Assembly: GCF_030684315.1 (NCBI RefSeq)
Contig: NC_081374.1
Coordinates: 27,073,978 to 27,137,977, forward strand
Length of the DNA: 64,000 nt
Origin: Stegostoma tigrinum
Taxonomy: Eukaryota
Direction: 5' to 3'
Of this stretch, positions 11,993 to 25,779 are shown in pieces. Position numbers and translations under genes: made by a program. Each line of letters begins with the position of its first letter. Position 1 is the first letter of the stretch. The notes beneath the pieces are model-generated. The model worked only from the letters and a program-made list of their open reading frames with translations, did no database searches and was not told the origin of the DNA.

Positions 11993-12122
11993 ATTTTCAT
12001 GTTTCATGTGTTTCAACAATCGTAGCTCTCTGTATGTTCGTTTTGCATGAATGATAGATTGAAATGGTCTGGAAAGTTTTTTCACTGCCACACGATAAGT
12101 TGATTGCGTGTCAAATGCAGAG
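11993..12122 (-). CDS. MAPK14: p38-alpha coding exon 2 (130 nt): (C)[43 protein letters not shown]
   Basis: Within ORF 11906..12169(-). Contains the VAVK catalytic lysine and the alphaC RELRLL motif. Acceptor AG at 12124-12123, donor GTAAGT at 11992-11987. Phase matches exon 1. Confidence 0.96.
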
Positions 12123-12661
12123 CTACAAAAATACAAGAAAAATTTATGTTCAACTATCATCACTATCAATATGATTGCAATACAATATGAACTGAAATGA
12201 AGCTGAAGATTAAGCCTCTGAACAATGAACCATCAAGGCTTGTCCAAACACATCTGAGTTTTACACTCAACATCAACTTTCTCATGTTTTCTCCCTTAAA
12301 ATCAATTCTGTCTGACATCGTCATACTCAATGAAAAATATTCAAGATTATAATGGGCGTTGTTACAACTTACAGGAGTAGCATGCAAAATTTAGCTCCAG
12401 TATCTCCGGAGTAACACCAATATGTATTTCTTTCGCATAAAAATCACAGAATCCCAATTGGCCTGATTTTTCAGAACCAAGGTTTCAGTACTAAACCATA
12501 CATAAAGCATATAGATAAATCATTTGGCACATAAATTCTAAATCCCTTATAAACACCACACTCTCACACACACAGAAAATGGGGATTCGCAGAAGTAGAA
12601 AAATCAGGCAAATCAGTTCAGTGCTTTGCTTCCCGATTCAGATGTTGAGATAACCCTTCAA

Positions 12662-12842
12662 GCAGTCTGTCTCCTCTCCACCATCCATTTTCTATCCAAA
12701 CACCCCCCCTCCCTATTTATTTCAGAATCCCCTTCCCCCTCTCCCATTTCTGAAGGAGGGTCTAGGCTCAAAACGTCAGACTTCCTGCTCCCACAATGCT
12801 GCTTGGCCTGCTGTGTTCGTGTAGCTCTGCACCTTGTTATCT
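12662..12842 (+). mobile_element. PLE family A 3' terminal fragment (short-end type)
   Basis: Matches 8790-8935. Degenerate hammerhead CTGAAGGAGGGTCTAGGCTCAAAACGTC. Ends at accttgttatct. Confidence 0.8.
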
Positions 12843-13571
12843 TAGGCAGTCACACCCTTGGTTTTTAACCGTCTTTGTCTGGAAGATTCCACTGGTTGGC
12901 GAGTAGTATGGAACAACTGGTTCGCTTGGGAAAATGTCTGATTTTTTCCAATTTAGGAGTCACAGATCTCAGCAACTGTTGTAGTAAAGGTAACTGGTTT
13001 TCTTCAAGTATAAACTGAGTTGTTTTTACTACAGAAAACATGCAGTTTCTACTGGGAAAAGCAACTGTACTACATACTTGTTAGGGGGAAAAACAAACTT
13101 GTTCTCAGTTCCAAACTAAGTTAGCAGAGAACCAGTTTCACTTGTAAACAGTTCCTCAGCTCCTGATCTGCTACATGTTGCAGGAACCTGTTGATATCAA
13201 ATTCTTCGTGGTGAAATTATGTATGCATCATGGTAAATCTGTTTTTTTAAAAACACTTTTTTCTCACCACAGTCCACTGTTTTTTAAGACACAAAGAGAA
13301 ACAATCCTTAAAAAGTATATTGATCATACTGATTCAAACATCTTAAAATGGCAAGTACATTTCAATGTTGTGGCCTTTCCACATTTTAATGAACTAGATG
13401 GCCAATAGAAAAATGAAATGGAATATCACTCTCAACAGATCTGTTCACATTCAGTCATTCACCATCCGTCACGCAATATCCCTAATAATAAAAGCAATAA
13501 CTCTCATCCCATCTTGAAGTCAATGTTTAAAGTGACTGATTATGCAAAGTCTATAAAGCATGGTCATGGGC

Positions 13572-13655
13572 TTTTGGTAGTGCAGTGGTAGCGCACCTCT
13601 GACCCAGGAGGCCAGGGTTCAAGTCTCACCTGCTCCAGAGATGCATCATCACGTA
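13572..13655 (+). mobile_element. tRNA-derived SINE head
   Basis: A-box-like TAGTGCAGTGGTA and B-box GGTTCAAGTC without a full cloverleaf or acceptor stem. Confidence 0.6.
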
Positions 13656-13949
13656 CTGTTGCACTCATTTGTTAAGTGCAAGTCTCAAGGGTTTAGCCAA
13701 TGTGGAATTGAGAGTGAAGGAAGTGTTCGCTTCTTTGAAGCAAGCCTTCTACCTATGTTGTCCTGTCAGAATTGGTTCTTGCTCCACTAAAGGGAAAGGA
13801 GCTGGGAGACAAGCCATAAAAATATTTTTAAAATTTAAGCAAACAGGGCAGCAACTTCTCCATAAGCTCAGCATTAATCAGGACAAAGGACAAGTAGGAA
13901 TCATTTGCATTCATCTTTCGCCAGAAGTGTCAAGTAGTTGATCCATCTT

Positions 13950-15550
13950 GGTCACCTCTTGAAGTCTGAATATTACAGACTTCAATCTTCAGCTAATTCA
14001 ATTCGTTCCACCTATGGTCAAGAAATGGCTGAAGGCATCCGACAGTGTAAAGACAATTGGGTTCGCCAAATTCCTACAACAGTACTGAGAACATGAGCGC
14101 CAGAAGTGGTTGTGCCCTTAACTAAGCTTTTCCAGTATAACTGCAACACTGCATCTACATAGCATGTGGAAAATTGTCTAAGTATGCTCTGTACATAAAA
14201 AGCAGGATAAATTCACTATTACCACTCAGACTACATTTCATAACGAATAGAGTGATGCAAGGCACCAAACACCAGCTCTATCAAGTGGCACTTCTCAGCA
14301 ATAGCCTGCCCACTCATGCTCAGTTTGGGTTCTGCCAAAGCCAATCAGCTCCTGGTCTCACTGTAACCTTGATGTGAACATGAACTGTAAAGTTAAACTC
14401 TACAGGTCAGGTGAAAATGCCTGTCAAATGCTGCCTTAATGTTTCAGGCACATTTTGACATCAAGAGTCCCAGCGAAACTGGTGTCAATGGAAATTAGAG
14501 TGAGAAAACTCTCCATTTGGTCAGTCATATCTATCGCAACAGAAGTTGGTTGTTGGAAGTTAAATAGTCTCAGGTTCAAGACATCTCTGCAGCAATTCCT
14601 CAGGTTACTATGAGGAACCAATGATTTTCCACTGCTTCAACCATATTTTTCCAATCGAAAAAAAATTGAAAATTGGTGATGTTTGCAGCACTTACAACTC
14701 CTCAGATAGTGAAGTGGCTCATGCAACATGCTTACATCAACACCTAAATAATTTTCAGGCATGGGGAGATAAGTGGAAAATAGTCTTTGCCAAATGCAAG
14801 AATCTAGCCCTCTCCCCACGATATTCAAAAAGCATCATCACCACCACCACCACCACCACTAGGTTCCCAGCCATCTACATCCTACAGGCTACCACTCAGC
14901 AAAACTGAACCAGAATGCCTTGTAAAGAATACGGCTATAACAGCAAAGCAAAGGCCAGAAATTCCATGACATGGAGCTCACATCTATCACCCCAATTAAT
15001 ATGCACCATCTTTGATGCACAAGTTAAAAATGGGATGGAATACCCTTCAGTTACCTGGATAAGTGCAGCTCAGTGATAGACAAGCAGGCCAACATCAACC
15101 AGGACAAAAAAAAACTTGGCCGCACCTCATCCAAAAAACAGACATAGCCTTCTCTCCACCAAAGAGATAGTGGCAATAATATGTATCATTTGAACTTGCA
15201 CTGCAACAACTCACCAAACCTCCTTCAGAAGCGTTTTCTGAATCCACAATCTCTACTACCTAGATGGGCAGGAACACAATGACCTCCAAGCGACACCATC
15301 CTGACTCAGAACTACGTAATCATTAAGATTTTTTTTAGAAGAAACCTTTCCAAAGAGGTCACCACACACCTAAGGACCAGGTGGGACACTACCACTTATC
15401 ATGGAATTCCCTCGCTGTCAGCACTTTGTATTTACCACCACCATGAACTGCAGTGGTTCAAAAGCAGCTTACAGCTGTCTACTCATTAGGAGTTAGGAAT
15501 AAATGATCACCTAGCCAGGAACGCCCACTTCCACAAAACAAATGGAAAAA
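13950..15550 (+). mobile_element. Decayed CR1/L2-group LINE ORF2 3' half
   Basis: AQFGFCQSQSAPGL and QAWGDKWKIVFAKC RT remnants. Same family as 34275-36030. Confidence 0.7.
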
Positions 15551-16200
15551 TACAGTTTCAGACTTCATAGTCAATCCTACAGCAATACAGTCCAACATGC
15601 ACATACAATGCAGATTCATCATAATAAAATTCTCTTGGCACACCAAAAAACAGCATCTCTCTGACTAAGCTCGTGTATTAAGAAATTACACTGTTGATTC
15701 CCAGTTACGACAACGATACTGAAATTCTACCCCAGGATCTTAATGCTAAAGCTAGGCCAAGGACAACAGTGCAATAACAAGACAGCGATCTGCAAATGAG
15801 ACTTGGGCCCAAGATCAGAAGTTAAAAGAACTTGGTAGACCATTAAAACCAGAGAGCCTTTTGGCCTAGATAAAAATGTTACCTCCAAACACCAACAACT
15901 AAAAGATTAATTCATTGATTATTCATAATTTAACCTGGCTACAAAACATTAACTGCAGTTTATTTGCTGTGACATGTTTAAAAGGATTTCAGCAACACTA
16001 AAAAAAGGCTGGTCTGACTGCAACTTTGCAAGGGATAACCTGCAGTGTGGTGGAATGCTCCATTCACCTGAAACACATGGTATCACTATGACATCCTTGG
16101 GGCACCATGGGAAAATGAAATGATATAACCTGTCACATGGTTCTCTAAACAGATTACCAAAGTCAGACAGGATGCCTCATCACTACATCTAAATAAAGCG

Positions 16201-16626
16201 CAAAAACAAAGTTGCTGGAAAAGCTCAGCAGATCTGGCAGCATCTGTGAAGAAGAAAACAGTTAACATTTTGTGTCCAGTGACCCTTCATCAGAACTGGT
16301 GGTGGCTAGGAAAGCATCAGAATTCACCCTCCCAACCCAATCGTTAGCAACTCCTTTGTCTGTCCAACTGTTTCTCTCTCTCTCTTTCTCCCCCCCACCA
16401 CCCCCCACGCTCTATCCTAACATTTACTCCCCACCCCAGCCACCTCCCTATTTCCTGCATATAAAAACTTACGTTTTCCCTGCCATGATCAGTTCTGAGG
16501 AGGGGTCACTGGACCTGAAATGTTAACTGTTTTCTCCTTCAAAAACGCTGCCAGACTTGCTGAGCTTTTCCAGGAACTTCTATTTTTGTTCCTGATTTAC
16601 AGTATCCGCAGTTCTTTTGCTTTTTA
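16201..16626. mobile_element. Fold-back PLE terminus (family B)
   Basis: 16201-16310 is the reverse complement of ~16475-16588. Hammerhead-like CTGA(T/G)GA..GGGTCACTGGAC..AAATGTT in both arms. The right arm has ~36 extra terminal nt. TSD weak. Confidence 0.85.
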
Positions 16627-17761
16627 CAGAACAAAGCCATTAGTTTTCTTTTGACTTCTGAAAAATTAACTTGTTGAATTAAAAACAGGCAAGTGTATTT
16701 GCAGTGGCAATTCAAAACTAAAGTGCAGTGGTCTTTATGAGGTTCATCCAGAGCAATTTTGTAATACAGGATTCTCTGCTCTACGATCTGTTCACAGGAA
16801 GGCAGAGAAAAACATGAGCGCCTGCTAGAAGAATATCAACTCAGAAGGTTATCTCTATCTGCCTGAAACTGTTTTCCAACATGAAGTGCTCCACAACCAA
16901 ATGCTGCAGACTGGCACATTCCATGGTCCAGGATCACGTGCAAAATGACAAAATAAAGCTTGGTGAAGCTGACAACACAGGCTAAACAGGGAAAGGTCAC
17001 AATCTTAGGACTAGCTTAACACACTGAGGGGGTCAGACCCCTTAACTGTTCAAGCCACATGCAAAGACATTGTGTGACATAACATTTATAGCCTTATAAC
17101 ATGATATAACTCAAAAATTAAATGTAGTATGACATCTTAAGCGTGACACATATAGGTAATCTTCATTTAAAGTTGTTTTGCTGTAACAGCTAGACAGTAT
17201 TAGGGTCGAAAACAAGTGGCGTGATGCTGAACCTGATTACGATCTGGTTTATAGCAGCAAATGAGATCCTGCAGACAGCCACAGTCACCAAAATGACTTC
17301 AATTAACAGTTGCTAGGTAAGGTACCCATCAGGCAGCCAGCAGCAGAACACAAAACTACTTCCCAGGCAGCAGAATCCCTCCATTCCCAATTTGGCTTGA
17401 CAGTCGGAGGGTCCAGAATAGAAGACATTGTAAGTAATTGAAGTCATTACAGCACTCACAAGAAATCTAAAAATTTCAAATGGAACAACAATTTAGAGAA
17501 CAGGTGTATGCCTCTAATGGATCACCTCAGCCATTTACAACACAGAGTTCTGGATTTTCGTCACTAGTCCACACTTGCAAAACACCCGATAGCGTCAATG
17601 TTGCATGCGATTCTGCAAACGGACAGTGTGGTCTGAGTTATTCGCTGTTACAATCCTAGCTGATGGGACTTGGGGACAAAGCAAATCCCAGGATAAAAAC
17701 ATATGGCCTATCAGAACAGGTTTTTGTTCAAAACAGATACTCAAGTTGTTTGTCACTGAAA

Positions 17762-18155
17762 CATACAGAATCATTGAGTCTTATAGAATGAAAGCAGACC
17801 CTTCGGGCCAACCAGTCCATGCCAAACATAATCCCAAACTAAACTAGCCTCACATGACTGCTTCTGGCTCATTCCTCCAACCTTCCTTATTCATGTACCT
17901 AAGCAAATGTCTTTTAAATGCTCTAAGTGTGCCCACATCAACCACTTCCAGAGTAAGTTAATTCCACACGTGAACCATCCCGTAAATAATTTGTCCCTCA
18001 TGTCTTCTTTAATTCTCTTTCCTCTCACCTTGAGAATATGCCACCTAGTCTTAAAGCCCTCCATCCTAGGGAAAAGATGCCTACGACTAACCCTATCTGT
18101 AACACTCATGATTTCATAAACCTCTAAGGTAACCTCTCAACTTCGTATGTTCCAT
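17762..18155 (-). mobile_element. CR1 LINE 3' end fragment
   Basis: LFPRMEGFKTRWHILKVRG (CR1 ORF2 C-terminus) followed by a CR1-type 3' UTR and tail. Confidence 0.75.
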
Positions 18156-18523
18156 GTGAATGCAGACATTCTTAAAATAGACCACGTTTATTGCACAAAA
18201 GTTGTGATCTTGATGTAGAATACAGTTTAGGAAGATCTTAGCACAAACAGCAAAACAAAGTTTCAACCCCATTTCTCCAACACTGTTACAGAGCTTCATT
18301 CAGAAAGATATGTCCTATCTCACCTCTAGGTTTCTACTCAATCTTGACCTTCTAGATCTTTTCTTCTGTGGAATGTAGAGACAATTTTCTAATTCCTTTC
18401 TATACCTGTAGGCATGAGGGCCTTTTGTGATTCTGAGGATCTAAATTTGCTCAGTCTCAACCGGAAAACTACTACACAAACTCCTTAGGCTTACAGTTTT
18501 AGACAAGACACCCCCACTGAAGT

Positions 18524-18897
18524 AACAGAGATGAACACAGCAGGCCAAGCAGGAAAGCTGACATTTTGGGCCTGGACCCTTCTTCAGAAACGGGGGAAGA
18601 GGAAGGGGGTTCTGAAATAAATAGACAGAGGGGAGCAGCAGATAGAAGATGGATAAAGGAGAAGTTAGGTGGAGACGACTGGTCTGTCTCCTCTCCGCCT
18701 ATCTTCTCCTTTATCCATCTTCTATCCAGCCCCCCTCTCTCCCTATTTATTTCATAAGCCCCTTCCCCATTTCTGGGGGGGGGGGGGGGGGGGGTCCAGG
18801 CCCAAAACGTCAGCTTTCCTGCTCGGCCAGCTGTGTTTATCCAACTCGACACCTTGTTATCTCAGATACTCCGGCATCTGCAGTTCCTACTATCTCT
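18524..18897. mobile_element. Fold-back PLE terminus (family A)
   Basis: Inverted arms centred ~18680. TSD cacccccactgaagt 18509-18523 / cacctccactgaagt 18898-18912. Confidence 0.88.
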
Positions 18898-19629
18898 CAC
18901 CTCCACTGAAGTGGCTGGTTTCTTGTTTGTTTTTAATCCAACAAGCCGATTCTTCTGAAGTTAAAACAAAACTAATGGATTTGTTTTCATTACCTTGCCT
19001 GCCATAAAATTACAAGCATAAAGCATCTTATCCAGGGGCTCACCGATGTTCTTGGGTTCGACAGAAGTTCTCCAAAGCTCGTGACTGCAATCCCATTGTG
19101 TCTTATCAATGATGTCCATTCATCAAAATTTCAGATTGACTTTCTAACCTTGGGGGAAATAAAATCAAAATACTTCTGCCTCTATTTTAAAGTCTTGCAT
19201 CATGTCAGCATGCACCTGGGCTAAAAATTACACTCGCAGTTACAATCAGTCAGCCTTACAATCTGGCTCACCTACACACAACCTACATATATTCATATGC
19301 AGGGCTCTGTCTCTTGCTCCTCTTTCACTTTAAAGAAAGATGTAGTCAGTAACTAATTTCTGCTGCATTCTCTACAGCACTAGTATGGCCAGAGTCCACT
19401 TGCCAATCAACACTGCTTTCTCATGCAGAGTAAGTTGCTCTTCCTTTGGAAATTTGCTATTCCTCCTTAACCTCACACAACCTGTTCATCTTCTCTCCCA
19501 CCTAATTGACCAATCCCCATCATTCCCTACCTACATTCACCTATCACCAACCTTTCCCAGCTCCATCCCTAATCTCTATTTATTTCAGCTCCGTTCCCCC
19601 TCCCCATTTCTGAAAGTGTCCCAAAATAG

Positions 19630-20577
19630 AAGAATCATATGACAAAGCTTCAACAGCATTTTTCTTCCAGCAATAAACAAGTACTCAACACCAGTCATCC
19701 TGATGGCCACCTGTGTGTGTGGCTGCATCACACTGTGCATAGACCCCGAGTCGTCAAAGTACTGAGGTTCGCCCTGCCCCTGGTGTTTCAAAGGATGGGA
19801 CTGGCCTCAGCGACGCAGAAGGCTCAGGGTAACTGGTCCATTCCATAATTGCTAGTCCTTCATGGGAAAATTTGTGAAGAAAAACACCTTAGCCACAGGT
19901 CTTCAAAGTTATTTGGCAGAATGACTCATCACCAGAGCTTTCCAACAAACACAAAGGCATCGCTTCACTGGTGGTGAGAAGAGCACCACCTGTCAGATAC
20001 TTCCTGTATGCCAAGACACTACGTCACCACACACTATCCTCAAAACGGCTGCGAGGATGTAAAGACCGTCACACATCATCTTTTAACACATACCTTTGCA
20101 AAGGAAGTCGGGAGAGTGATGCAGCAGTTTTCGTCAAGGTACATTCCGAGCAGCACCATGGTGCAGGACTCTGTGCTCTATGGTTTGTTCCCCAGTCAAC
20201 TCGTTGAAAGACACTCTGGTCTGCTCAAAACTTGTTTATCTTCCAGAGCAAGGAGTTGATGTTGACCGAGTGTTACAGACTGGCATATTCCAAAGCCCGG
20301 GAATGTGCGCTATGGGATGCAGTAAAGATTGGGCAACTGCCAAAAAGGCGTAGTTGGAAAAGCACTTAAAGCCTTCCTGCTGAAATTAAATGAGGGGGTC
20401 CATTCAATTATCAAACTCTCCCAGTGCTTCAAATGTGTAAATATAGTCTTAAGTAAGAAATACCTTTGGATTGGTTTATTCTCCAGATGTAAAGACTATA
20501 CCGAATCGAAACACTCTAGAAACTATGTATGTAAATTTTTTTTTATGAATAATGTATATTTTTGAAATAAAATAAAG
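19630..20577 (+). mobile_element. Tx1/L1-clade LINE 3' fragment
   Basis: Decayed zf-RVT-like region (VVRRAPPVRYFL...GCEDVKTVTHHL...FAKEV...QDSVLYGLFP). A-rich 3' end tgaataatgtatatttttgaaataaaataaa. Confidence 0.65.
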
Positions 20578-20704
20578 CAGTAATAGAACCACATTTTGAA
20601 GGACAACAAGCAATTACCATAGTTAACTGACTATATTGCTCAGTAAAGCACATTATCAAAATCTTTTATTTCCTCCTTCTCTGACCCACAAAACAAAAAT
20701 ACAT

Positions 20705-21140
20705 TCCTGTCCATCCTGGGCCTCCTCCAGTGTCACAATAACACCAGCAAACTGGAGGAGCAGCACCTCATATTCCACCTCGGGAGCCTAATGCCTAAAG
20801 GCCTAAACATGGATTTTACTAGTTACAAAATCTTCCACCCCCAGCCACATCCACACCTCCTTAACATGACACAACTTGTCCATCTTCTCTCCCACCTATC
20901 CACCCCACTGACCAATCCCCACCACTCCCTACCTACATTCACCTATCACCAACCACCTACCTTCCCCAGCCCCATCCATCATCTCTATTTATTGATCTCT
21001 GTTCCCCCTCCCCATTTCTGAAAGTGTCCCAACCTGAAACATCAACTTTCCTACTCCTTTCATACTACCTAGCCTGCTGTGTTCCTCCAGCTCCATACTG
21101 TTATCCTCTAACTCCAGCATCTGCAGCTCTTGGTATCTCT
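20705..21140 (+). mobile_element. PLE 3' fragment with complete terminus; a partial direct copy lies at 19462-19623
   Basis: GIY-YIG C-terminus (KLEEQHLIFHLGSLMPKGLNMDF), then 3' UTR and the terminal ...ccagcatctgcagctcttggtatctct. Confidence 0.8.
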
Positions 21141-21704
21141 ACACTGATTTTTTGTTTTCTAAACTAGTTCAAATGTAAGCACCAAAATTAGGCAACTTAA
21201 CCATAGTTATCATTATTCAAAGTTGATACATCTGACTCATCATAACTGGATAGAGAAATAATGTAGATCTTGAAAGGTTGCCAAGAAAGCAAAAAGGTCT
21301 AGATTTTGGGGATTCTTTATTTAATAACAAGGCTCTCGCTTTTTTCCTATTGTAACTATTTGCACGAGCGCAATCTACTTATGCATTAATAAATGCATCG
21401 CTTTAGATAAAAAGATATTAGCAAGTTAAAAAAATTGTATTTCAAAAAAAATGAAACAGACAATGCAGTTTGTAACATTAAAACAAAAGGATCCAAAATC
21501 TCTCAAACATATTTAAAAGACAGACTTTTCTGGTGTCATAATTAGTCTAAAAAAGGCCAGAGCTCACAGTGTTAGAAGTCAGAATTAGATAGACTATAAC
21601 AGTATTACAACCATAAGGCATATCTATCTCATGGACAGAGAATTGAATTAATATACAAACTCTTCTCGCCTCTCTCTTTTGTTAAAAAGGTACAATCAAG
21701 TTAC

Positions 21705-24270
21705 AAACATACAATTGAGCAGAAGAACCAATGCAGCCCTTTAAGCCTACTCCACCATACAATAAAATCACGACTAATGTTTGCATACCAAATTCAATAC
21801 TTCTATCTATCTGCAACACCCATGAACTCTCATGCCCATCAAGAATCTAACTTCATCTTGAAATATTTAGCAGCCTGACATCTACCACCTGAGACAAAGT
21901 TCAAAAGTCCTAGAACTCTGAAAACATTTTCCCTTCATCATTTCTCATTTTTCCCCACATATTCCATCTGCCACGCAAGTGAGCTTATGAAATCCTATCT
22001 ATATCAGACTCTGTTATACCATCTTTGCAACACTGCTGTATCACCTTTTCGCAACCATACCTTTAAACCTATCGCCTGTCATTGATGTATATTGCAGAAA
22101 ATTGAGAAAACCGAGCACAGACCTTTGCAAATCTCAAACTTTTCAATTTGAGGAAAAACAATTTATGCATACTATTGCCTACTAGCCAATCTTTTATCCA
22201 TACAGCTACGTTACCTCCTATGCCAAAAGGTCCTACTTTGTGCAATAATCTTAGTGAACTGTAATATCTTGGCCTCAAATCACCAAGTTCTGAAGTACAG
22301 GCAGACCCTAGATTGTAAACAGAGTCCACTTGCAAGTCGACTTGTAGGCATGTGGGTTACAGGGATGGGGTGGGTCTAGGTGGTTTGCTCTTTGAAGGGT
22401 CCGTGCTGACGCGATGGACCAAATGGCCTCTCTCTGCACCGTAGGGATTCTACGTGCATCACTGACAGAATCAGGAGAATTTATAACGGGGAGTACAGTA
22501 ATAGCAAAGAAGCTAAATGATTGTCACTGACGTAGATGCAAGAAATTTCCCAGAAGAGATCCAAGTGGCCACCAAGATTGCGGATTTGAAAGAAATTAGC
22601 ATCAGTAAAATTACTGTACTGAAGAAATTAATGACACTGAAAGTTGATAAGTCTCCAGGGATTGATATCCTACATCCCAGGATGTTGAAACTGGTAGATA
22701 TATAGTCGATGAATTGACAATTATTTTCCAAAATTCTATAATTCCTGGAATGCTTGCTGCAGATTGGAAAGTATCAAAATATCACTGCACTATTTAAGTG
22801 CATGTCAGCCTTATCATCAAGGACACCTAGATTCCCTTGTAGATCTCGATTTTTCAACTTCCTATGTTTTAAGAAATAATATGCACATCTCAGCTCTTAC
22901 CAAAGTGGATAACCTCACATTTCCAAATATTTCAACGCCCATTCACTATTTAAGTGAATGAGAGCAAATACAGAACTAGAGACCTATTAGCTTTACATTA
23001 GTAGTTGGGAAAATGCTAGTGTCTATTGTAAAGACCACCATAAATAGACATTTGGAAGATAATGATTGGACATCGTGAGCATCGGTGTGTGAATAGGAAA
23101 TCACGTTTGACACACTTGAAGTTTTCTGAAGAGGTTACTAACAAAATTGATAAAGGACTGCTGATGCACGGTGGGGTCTACTTAAGTTTCTGTTAACAGT
23201 CCTCCACAGCAGACTGGTTAGAAAAGTTAACACATTGGATAGGAGGTAATGTACTGGCATGCACTACGGGTTATCTAACAAGCTGGAAACAGTGGGAATA
23301 AATGGGTCATTCTCACATTGGCAGTTGTGGCTAGTAGGGTATCACAAGGATTAGAACCACGGCGTTAGCTATTCACAACAAGTGTCAATGATTTGCGGGC
23401 AAGAATCAAATAAAATGCTTTGTATCATCTGCAAATTTGGAAGCAAGAGAATGTGCATTGTAAGCAAATTGGAAAGCAGTTTCAGAAGAATTTGCGCAAG
23501 CTTAAGTGAATGGGCAGGTGAAATATTTGGAAAAGTGTGAGGTCATCCATTTTGGTAGGAGCTACGGACGTGCAGAATATTTCTTGAGATATAGGAAGTT
23601 GATAAATGGAGATCTGCAAGGGAATCTAGGCGCACCATATGCAGGTGCAGCAAACTTCTAGGAAAGTGAATGTTAATAATAAAACGTTAGCCCTTATTTC
23701 AAGATTTGAGTTCAGGAGTACTGAAGTCTTCCTTCAATTGTACAGGAGCTTGTTTGGACTGCAGCTGGAATAACGTGCATTTTTAGTCTCCTTATCTCAG
23801 AAATGACACTTTTGCACTCTAAGGCTGTAAGGGTTCATCAGACCTTTTTCCTGGAATGGTGGGTTTGTCCAATGAAGAAATTTTGCACAAACTGGCTTTG
23901 AAATCTCTAGCGTTGACTAATGAGAGGTGATCACACTGGCACTTAAATTAGTAAAAGGAATAGATTATAGATTCAGGCAAGATGATTGGGGATCTAGAGC
24001 CAGGGGATACAGTTTGAAAATAAAAGGGAGATGCCAGATGACAGCTTCTTTTCCTCAGAACCTTTAAAATTATGTACCACAGAGGGATCTGGAAGTTCAG
24101 TATTTGAGAACAGCAAAGCCAGAGATTTATAGATTTGTGGCGACCAATGATATACAAGGTTATGGGGGTGAGATGGATAAAAGGCATTAAAGTATTCAAA
24201 CAGCCATTATCATATTTAAATGGTCATGCTGGCTTCATAGGTTGAATGGCCTACACCTGTTCTTGTGACC
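21705..24270. mobile_element. Cluster of decayed CR1 fragments (minus ~21705-22260; SINE/CR1 tail ~22345-22455; plus ~22460-24270)
   Basis: LKVDKSPGIDILHPRMLK and other ORF2 remnants, plus CR1 3' UTR motifs. Boundaries approximate. Confidence 0.7.
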
Positions 24271-25779
24271 CAGTGAATCACATATAAAAAGCAAATAATA
24301 TTAGGATGGAGTGAAAGAAAGTGCTTCAGCAAAATGGCTCTTCAGATAGAATCAAACTCTAACAAAACATTGATACCTGCGTTGGATTTTCAGTCGTATT
24401 CATGTGTAATGTATATAATTGCCAATTGAGAATTCTCAATGGCTCAGAAGTGGATGCTGATATTTCCTGTTACATGTAAGACAATTCATTATTAAAATAA
24501 TGCAAAAAGACAGAAATCCACCATTAACAAATTAGTAAGTCAAAAAGAAATTGTTGGCATTCATTAATTCCACTGGCCAATAACAATCACATTCAGGTCA
24601 GAAATTTCCACATGAATATATGGATTCGGAATATAGATACCAAGGAGGAATTTTGACGCGATCGAATGTATGGCCAAACTTTTCTATTGCTTTCAAAATA
24701 ATGATTCTGCAAACAAAGCTGGATTTGGCCACTGCTCATTGACTGTAACACTGAAAAAAGGAAAATCATTTGTACAGTAAGGGAAAACCATTTCAAGAAC
24801 TTGCAGCTACCGTCATGCAAATCAAGATACCACAGCAAACGCATTGGGTATTTAAGGTAACAATTGCATAGAATAATTTCAAAATGCTTTGAAGCAATAA
24901 AGTGCGAAAGATATGTACTGAAATAATTATATATAATTGTGCAGTAGGAAAACTATCCTATTTGCACAAAAATCCCACAAACATTCAAACAAATTGATTA
25001 TTTTGTTAATGATTTGGTTGAAGGATTAAATATTAACCAAACTAGGAAGCATTTACTCTGCAAATAATGTTGAGGCTTCTTCCATTCACCCAAGTGTCAC
25101 GTGAGCCAAAAGACATTTTCCCACAGTACAGAATTCCCTAACCACTAAACTGTGGGTAGCTGTTGTTAAATTACGTGATTTTGCCTCTAGATTTAAAACC
25201 GCTTGAAACCATAATCTACTGATTTGGAAGCAAGTGTTAACACAGACTAGATTGACACCATAGCCTTGTACATTTATCTATGTTTGCGCATCGTATCCTG
25301 TCTGATGCTTCAATAGAGGTAAGGGTGAAACCACAAGAGAGACAAAGTGAAAAATCCCCTTTCACTGCATTTCTCATGAGGATGAGCAGAATATTTATGA
25401 AGTAGAAGTCTTCAAATCTAATCCCCGCAATTAATTCCACTGTCATATTACATCTGCTTTGCCATCCAATGAACCATCACTTCTGGATCAAAGGATAGCA
25501 AGGTAGCTTTTATATGATCCATCAAAGCCATTTATTTCTACCTGCCATCAATTCCAGTCTGAAAACCACTGTCCAGGGCCATTCCAGTGTCACTGCTAGG
25601 CTTAGGTTTGTTCCAATCCCTTACGGCTGGTCTCTGGTTTTTCATATGAACAACTCACCAAAATATTCAAGGCCCTGTATCCTATCACAGTGATCTTGGA
25701 TCATTCTAATACTTGTGTTATTGAAAAAATAGAGTCAGCTATAAAGGGTGTAATACCAGAGCATTCAGAAATATATTTT

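Noticed and set aside
11906-12169. Whole 87-aa ORF as coding
   Set aside because: Only 11993-12122 is kinase-like and bounded by AG/GT; the flanks are intronic read-through.
13572-13655. Functional tRNA gene
   Set aside because: Has A/B boxes but no convincing acceptor or anticodon stems; better explained as a SINE head.
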